Below, piece by piece: positions 58,001 through 64,000 of a stretch of 64,000 nucleotides of DNA. The number at the start of each line of letters is the position of its first letter. Positions within the stretch are counted from its first letter, which is position 1. Position numbers and translations under genes: made by a program. A model generated the notes under the pieces. It made no database searches. It saw only the letters and a program-made list of their open reading frames with translations, and was not told the DNA's origin. The DNA comes from Klebsormidium nitens (Eukaryota; Plantae; Klebsormidiophyceae): the NCBI GenBank assembly GCA_000708835.1, contig DF237411.1:1-64000 (forward strand). Direction: 5' to 3'.

Positions 58001-59844
58001 GCTTTTCGCCACCATCAAGTATACTGCACGTTGTCCTTCCAAGACCCGTGCCATCTTCAAAAGGAGTACCCATTGGACACTGGTACTCGTTCTTACACCC
58101 TCTCATATCACATATCTCCACTGAAAGCCCCTCGGAAGCTCCTCAAACTTGCGAGATCCGCAGATTGCCTGCGCACCTCTCAAACCGGAGACCATTCTCA
58201 AGAGTCTGATTCTTATGGCCCACTATACTCGGACGCCCACGCACACCCCGTTCGGACGTCCTTGTTTACATCTCACTCAACCCGCAGCTCGTCATTGAAA
58301 GCCCCTAGGGTCCTCTCCTGTGGCATCCGCAAACTCGGCCCAGGTTTCAAGACTTCTGACGTTTCAAAACGTTCTGCGCTCCACACGTGTTATGCTCGGG
58401 CCCCGGACACCTGCGCTCACCGTCTTCGGACCGTCCTTCCTTCCATCTTACTCAAATCTGCAGATGTACGCTGTAAACCCCCATAATCCATAAATTCGGT
58501 AAAGTCAACCTGCGCAACTTTCAAGCTCGAAACAAATGTGAGATTATCTTTGCAGTGGCGCATCATATTCCGAACGCCGACGCGCGTCGTCTTTGGACTG
58601 TCCTCTTAATCGTCCTACTCAAAATCGCAAATTTACGCTGAAAGCGCCAAGAATCCGCAGACTCTGCTCCTGACCAAGCCTCATGACGTTTTGAAACACG
58701 TCTCTCCCGCTGTAGTGGCGCATCATGCCCCGGACGTCCACGCGCGTCGTCTTTGGGCTGCAGTTTGCAGATTTACGCTCAGCGCCTTCAAATATTGAAA
58801 CCGGCAAACTCTTCCCGCTCACTTCTCATACTTAGCAAATGTGAAAATCTTATCTACGCAGTGGCGTATCATGCCCCGGACGTCCACGCGCGTTGTCTTC
58901 GGACTGTCCGTCGTTCTTCTGCACTTCCTGGTGATGCTCGAGTCGTCGCAGTGGACCAAGCTCTTCTTCGCCAAGATGCCTCTGTGGGCGAAGCTCATTC
59001 ACACCATCGGCGCGCTGTGGCTGCTCACCTTTTGCTACTACGTCAACACGCACTCGTCCGACTTCATCCGGGAGTACTTCGAGCAATACGTCGTTCCCAG
59101 AGTGAGTGATTTGACACTAACAATCAACTAACCGCGGCGATTGATTCCTGTTGTTTTACATTGGGGCCGGACAGAACTCTCCGTCTCGAAGCTTTAAAGA
59201 AGTCCTTTGAATAGGTTTGCATCTTGTCTAGTGAAATATACTACGATCAAGCTCCCCTCTAGGTGTTTGCCGTTTGTCATAGGACTCCCTTCCTATAGGG
59301 AAACCTATACGTGGAATACAGTGGTTGAATCTGAGCTTTAGCAATCTGGTTTTTGACCTTGCATCAACCAAGTGCGATCGAAACTTCAACCTCAAGCAGT
59401 CGTCGTGGTCATTCAAAGCTGCAATCTCGTGCAGGATCGGGAGCACTTGAAACATTTGAGGAGATTGAAGTCTGAACACTGTGAAGAATGGTGATGCTCG
59501 CAGCAACTTCCGGAATAAAAAGGGGTCAGCCCGCTCCAGACCAAACGCCGCATCGTGTCAAGTCACTGACGCGCCACGTGTCCCGTTCGCTGCAGGAAAT
59601 CGTGAACGAGGGCCTCTACCGCTATGTCCGTCATCCCATCTACGCCTCCTACATGCTCCTTTTTGTTGCGTACGCATTCGCGATGCGCGCGCCCATCTCC
59701 GCGGGTTTGCTCGGTGCCGTCTCCCTCTGGTATTACAACATCCGAGTGGAGATTGAGGAGGCGAAATTGGTGGGGCGGTTTGGACAGGACTACGTGGACT
59801 ATATCCGCGAGGTGCCTTACCGGTATTGGCTTGGCGTTTACTGA
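55076..59844 (+). CDS. ICMT/PEMT-family (isoprenylcysteine carboxyl methyltransferase-like) integral membrane methyltransferase with long N-terminal extension, 4 exons
   Basis: Phase-0 exons 55076-56203 (transit-peptide-like, then acidic/Gly-rich), 57005-57574 (multiple hydrophobic helices), 58862-59101, 59596-59844 (EGLYRYVRHPIYASYML...EEAKLVGRFGQDYVDY). The G-x-Y-x-x-V-R-H-P-x-Y and EE...FG..Y motifs are ICMT-family hallmarks. Confidence 0.82.
58216..58909 (+). repeat. Tandem array of acceptor and exon-3 start of the ICMT-like gene (3 clear and 2 degenerate copies)
   Basis: Starts at 58862 (functional WRIMPRTSTRVVFGLS), 58716 (WRIMPRTSTRVVFGLQ), 58556 (WRIIFRTPTRVVFGLSS*), about 58389 and 58216 (eroded, AG lost). 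Spacings 146, 160, about 167, about 173. Confidence 0.88.
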
Positions 59845-60716
59845 GTCACAATACTTTCTATTGAAAGCTGAGCGAGCTGGTACAGAACAGCAAACACTGA
59901 ACGGTTTTGTGGGATCGGAGGATGAGTCACTTCCCGACCTTCCATTTTAAGTCCTGCAATTTGGCACTGCTAGCGCTCTGAGCTATTCCAAAGCCCAAAT
60001 CCGGAACTGTCTCATGGCATGCATGTATTTAAACAAAGGGTTGTCGATACCATTATCCAGAGAATCACGCCATATGCACGCTGCGATTGCGAGCTATATA
60101 CTTCATATGGCCGGTCTGGTCAATCCCGTGCTCTCTCATGCGGTTCGGCCCCGCCCGGTAATGTGAGGCGGATGCATGTAGTACGCGTAGTAGAGCTATC
60201 GACCATGCAACTTAAAATCGTCCGATACTAACGCCTTGAGCATATCGCGGTATGTATGCATACTTAACCGATGCTAACCAAATACGGCGGCACGCTTACA
60301 CACATGTGAGCCGCGCCACTTAGCCAGATCAATAAAGCCGGAGCATCGCGCGCAGGAAACGTACCATGTACTGTCGGTCCTGTGGCCAACATTTCTTCGG
60401 GTTTTAGGGTAAAAAAGAAATTAGCATGCCTCTGGACCTATGCCAGTACCGCATGCGCACTTTTCGAGCTCCTTTGCACATGTGCAGCCACGTACACCAT
60501 CCCGGCCAGCTGCCTGCTATATATGTCTGTAGTGCACCATGTTTAAAGAATGACTGGTCGCGGGAAGGAGGCAATGGTTGCCATCAGAAAGAGGCGGTGC
60601 GCATATGCAACAAGTATCAGAACTCCAGTCTTTTCCTTCGAGACGCCGGGTCTGCGTCTTCATCAAAGTTATGCACTACTAGGACGGGCAAAGCTCATGG
60701 AGGATCAACGGGCCGG

Positions 60717-63267
60717 TCACGCAATGGGCGATGAAGCATTCGCTCCATGCCGTTCTAGGAAGGGAAGGTGATGCAGAGGGGGCGATTTGCCAAGGGAGTT
60801 CCACAGGATGTAGTCGCCCTCGACGACCTGCCAAGAAAGTTGTGCGTAACCGTTTGCTTTGTTTAAAAACCCAAGAACGAAATCAAAGAGCCTGAAGTCA
60901 AGCGGACAAACCACAACGGACTGCGCATTGCATGTGATCAATTCCCAAGTGGTCCAAGCAAGTCGTTCTCTGACTATTTGAATCTACTTGGTTCATCTGC
61001 CAAGATCCAAAAATTCTACCTGCAGTTTTCAAAGGCTGCCAAGACACAGGGATGTGTCAAAGAGGACTCTTGAAAAAGCTGAAGAGGCTCAGATGGGTCT
61101 TGGATGACGGAAACTCAACACAAAACTGCGCCTAATTTGAGGAAGCGGGCCATATCCACCGGTCACTTACAATCCAGCGCCCTAAATTCTCCTGCCCTTC
61201 ATCCGACGTGGATCTTAGTAAAATCGATTTGAAGGGTTCTCCTGACGACTACAGAAACGTCTCCCATGATTGACAGCAAGCTCTCAATTAACAGAATTTC
61301 GAATCCTGCGTTTCTTGTCGGAAAGGGTTTGCGGAATCGTCCCCTCCGGAACCTCGACCGCATTGGAAAGTACGGCCTGCTTTTCGAGAGACGTAGAACG
61401 ACAAAAGCTCGTCAGAGCATTGGCCGCCTTGATTGCAGTGTTGCTTCACCTCGTAAGTCGCTTCGACGGAGGCCTTTGCCGGAGGGTAAATCAGAACCTT
61501 GGAGGTGTCAATCGCGGTTTCAGTCAAGGAGCAGCCCGAAACCCTGCATGGAAGACGAGAGAGCTCGACGAAGTTTTTTGCCGCTTTCTGCGGGGCGTCT
61601 GCATGGAGCATAACAAGACGACCAAACAGTTGGGTTGACCGTATTTGAAAGACATTCACACAAATTGAAAAGTTTTTAGCCAAGACCTTCACCTTGTGGA
61701 TTCAATCCTAAAAAGCACTGAATACTTTTCTGACGAAGTATAAAAGTGTACCACTTAGAGGAGCTGTGTGGCTTCCGGTTGAAACAGATAGGACCAGCGG
61801 TCAACAGGCGGTAAAAGAAACTCAGGACATACGAATGACTGTAGAAGAGTCACTTCGGTGGCCTCACTTGAAAGAGACGCGCGCATGACTGTACTGATCC
61901 CAGGCGAACGGATCGGCCCACGTGGCAGGCCGGCTGGCGGAGCTGGTCGTGGCGTCATCATCCACGTCATCGGCCTGGGAGATACGATTCCAACTTTTTG
62001 GAAAGTGCCTTCATGATCCCTGGAGAAGACGACTGCCTTTTACAAAAGTACCACTTCGTTGCTGACGCCACGTCGGAAGGGCGTGAAACCGTCCGTAGAA
62101 TCAGAGATGACAGCAGAGATTGGGCGCCCCAAACCCCAAAAAAAAGGTTATGTACAGATACTTCAAAAAAGGGGCCATGTAGGTAAGCGTTTGCTCTCAA
62201 GTTTCTCGTGGGCCAGACGGAAAAAGCACAACGCACCAGCTGCTAAATGGGGATTTGATCGCACGTCGTAAGCACTTGACAGTAGTTTTCAACCCGCGGT
62301 GGCGTACTCACAATCTGACCCTTTAGCAGATTCGAACTCTGGTCGACCTTCAATGCACGACTCCTTTTTCTCGCGCTCCACGAAAGTCCTCACCGTGCAA
62401 TCCATTGGCCCGGCCTTTAAAATTTCAGTGCCCGGTTGTTTCGTCCCGGCAGCCTTTTATATACATCGCTGAAAGCGTGGCTTTTCCGGTGTCTCCTCGA
62501 ACTACCTCTCTTCCTTTTCAATCTCTGATCGAGAAAACTCAACGATCCCTAATCCGAAAAGTTGACAAGTAGATCTTACCGTGTAGTCCATCGGCCCCGC
62601 CTCAAGCTTTGTAGTGCCCTGTTTCTCTTTCCCGGCCACTTTAAGCACGATCTCTGAAAGCCTGGCTTTCCCAGTTTTCCCCCCGAACCATTTCCCTGCT
62701 TTCCATTCCCTTATCGAACAGTATAATGGCAATTCTCACCGTATAATCCATCGGCCCGGCCTCTGGCTTCTCAGTGCCCGGTTCTTGATTCCGGGCCGCT
62801 GTAGCACGGTCGCCAAGAGCGTGGCCTCCGCAGTCTTCCCCCCGAACTATTTCCCGTACCTTTCGAAAACCCTTATCAAAAAAGTTCGACGAAGAAATCT
62901 CACCGTGTAATCCATTGGCCCTGCCTCAGGCTTCGCAGTGCCCGGTCCCTTCAACCCGGCCGCAGTAAGCACCGTCGTTGAAAGCGTAGCTTCCCGGGTC
63001 TTCCCCCCAGACCATCTCCCTGCCTTGCAATCCCTTATCGAACAAATTTTATGCGAATCTCTCACCGTGTAATCCATCGGCCCGGCCTCTGGCATTGTAG
63101 TGCCCGGTCCCTTCAACCCGGGCGCTGTAAGCACGGTCGCCGAGAGCGTGGCTTCGCCGGTCTTCCCCCCGAACCATCTCCCGGGCGTAACCACCCGCCA
63201 CACCAGCGATCCGTCTTGAGGCGCGAGCGAACCAACGGAGGGAGTCCCTTCCACCGATACAATCGTC
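60717..63267 (-). CDS. AP5M1: AP-5 complex subunit mu, 3' exons of the mu-homology domain; the gene probably continues beyond the window edge
   Basis: Exons 63267-63066 (VEGTPSVGSL...LVWRV...GEATLSATV), 61974-61868 (DPFAWDQYSHARVSFK), 61543-61450 (VSGCSLTETAIDTSKVLIYPPAKASVE), 60827-60717 (GDYILWNSLGKSP*) follow the AP5M C-terminal motif order. Confidence 0.85.
62394..63200 (-). repeat. Five tandem copies of the 3' half of an AP5M exon, each ending in a GT donor
   Basis: Exon-like ends at 63066, 62904, 62740, 62580 and 62394 (spacings 162, 164, 160, 186). All end ...gg(a/g)ccratggaytryacg|gt(g/a)ag (GPMDYT). Confidence 0.9.
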
Positions 63268-63720
63268 CTGCGAGTAGAAACAGACCAATTTGTTAGTGGT
63301 TAAGTATTTGTAATGACTGGATCTGCTTAGACCAAAATCACGCGCCACGCCAGCGAGCCGTCCTGGGGCGCGAGCGAACCAACGGAGGGAGTCCCTTCCA
63401 CCGATACAATCGTCCTGCGAGTAAAAAACAGACCAATTTGTTAATGGTTAAGTATTAGTAATGACTGATCTGCTTAGACCAAAATCACGCGTCACACCAG
63501 CGAGTCGTCCTGCGGCGCGAGCGAACCATCCGACGGAGTCCCTTCCACCGACGCGATTGTTCTGTAATTAAGGATTGAGGTTAACAGGTAAACCCAGCAT
63601 ATAGGGGTTCTCCAACAGTGAAAACTGGACTTGGTTAGGGCAAACCACCCGCCACACTTGTAAGCCATCCTGGGGCGCGAGCGAGCCCACCGACGGAGCC
63701 CCTTCCAACGACGCGATTCA
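63190..63720 (-). repeat. Four tandem copies of the acceptor and 5' half of the same AP5M exon
   Basis: Exon-like starts at 63267, 63414, 63561 and about 63720 (spacings 147, 147, about 159). Shared core tcggtggaagggactcc...ggttcgctcgcgcc; the intronic parts of copies 2 and 3 are nearly identical. Confidence 0.9.
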
Positions 63721-64000
63721 CCCTCCATAGGGGCAAACACAAAGATTGCAAAGTGGATTCATCTAGAGCGGATTGAAAAACGTGCAGCCTTGCCCAGGCT
63801 CATTAAGAAGGTTCAGCTGGTGAGAGCATCAGACCTTAAATTGCGTCGCTGATAAAGCTCTATGGAAAGGAGCCCCGATGGGTTTGTGGGGACACGGATT
63901 GGTTTGCAAAGCACCCCGCAAGCCCGATGTTGTGCGATGGGTTTTGGTTTCCTTTGTTGGGCTAGGCCGAATTGACTTAGTAGGCCGAATTGACTTAGTA

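Noticed and set aside
63963-63998. 18-bp tandem repeat (taggccgaattgacttag x2)
   Set aside because: It is truncated by the window edge, so its extent and nature cannot be determined.

Overview
Eukaryotic nuclear DNA with GT-AG introns and GC-rich exons. The gene content and intron style suggest a streptophyte green alga, probably Klebsormidium-like; this is inference only, no search was run. Exons were assembled by hand from splice sites and reading phase. Left to right: an unidentified, degenerate 1-2.9 kb region with a poly(T) tract; a GT-A fold glycosyltransferase (+); an LHT-type amino acid transporter (-, 10 coding exons); a monoacylglycerol lipase-like alpha/beta hydrolase (+); an F-box gene (-); a 400-bp MITE-like element; a SPICE1-like centriole gene (-); a conserved uncharacterised protein (-); a DUF1764 gene (+); an ARM-like gene and RNA polymerase I/III subunit RPAC2 separated by only 93 bp (-); a decayed reading frame; a tRNA-like gene interrupted by a 205-nt hairpin-repeat array; a DUSP-type ubiquitin-specific protease (-); an ICMT-family methyltransferase (+); and the 3' part of an AP-5 mu subunit gene (-). 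Two features stand out. (1) In four unrelated genes, a splice site plus the adjoining exon edge is tandemly re-copied into the intron and decays with distance from the working exon; many spacings are 138-148 or 160-175 bp. (2) The tRNA-like gene at 41836-42110 has intact acceptor, D and T arms and a Pol III terminator but carries about 7 repeated hairpins in its anticodon arm.
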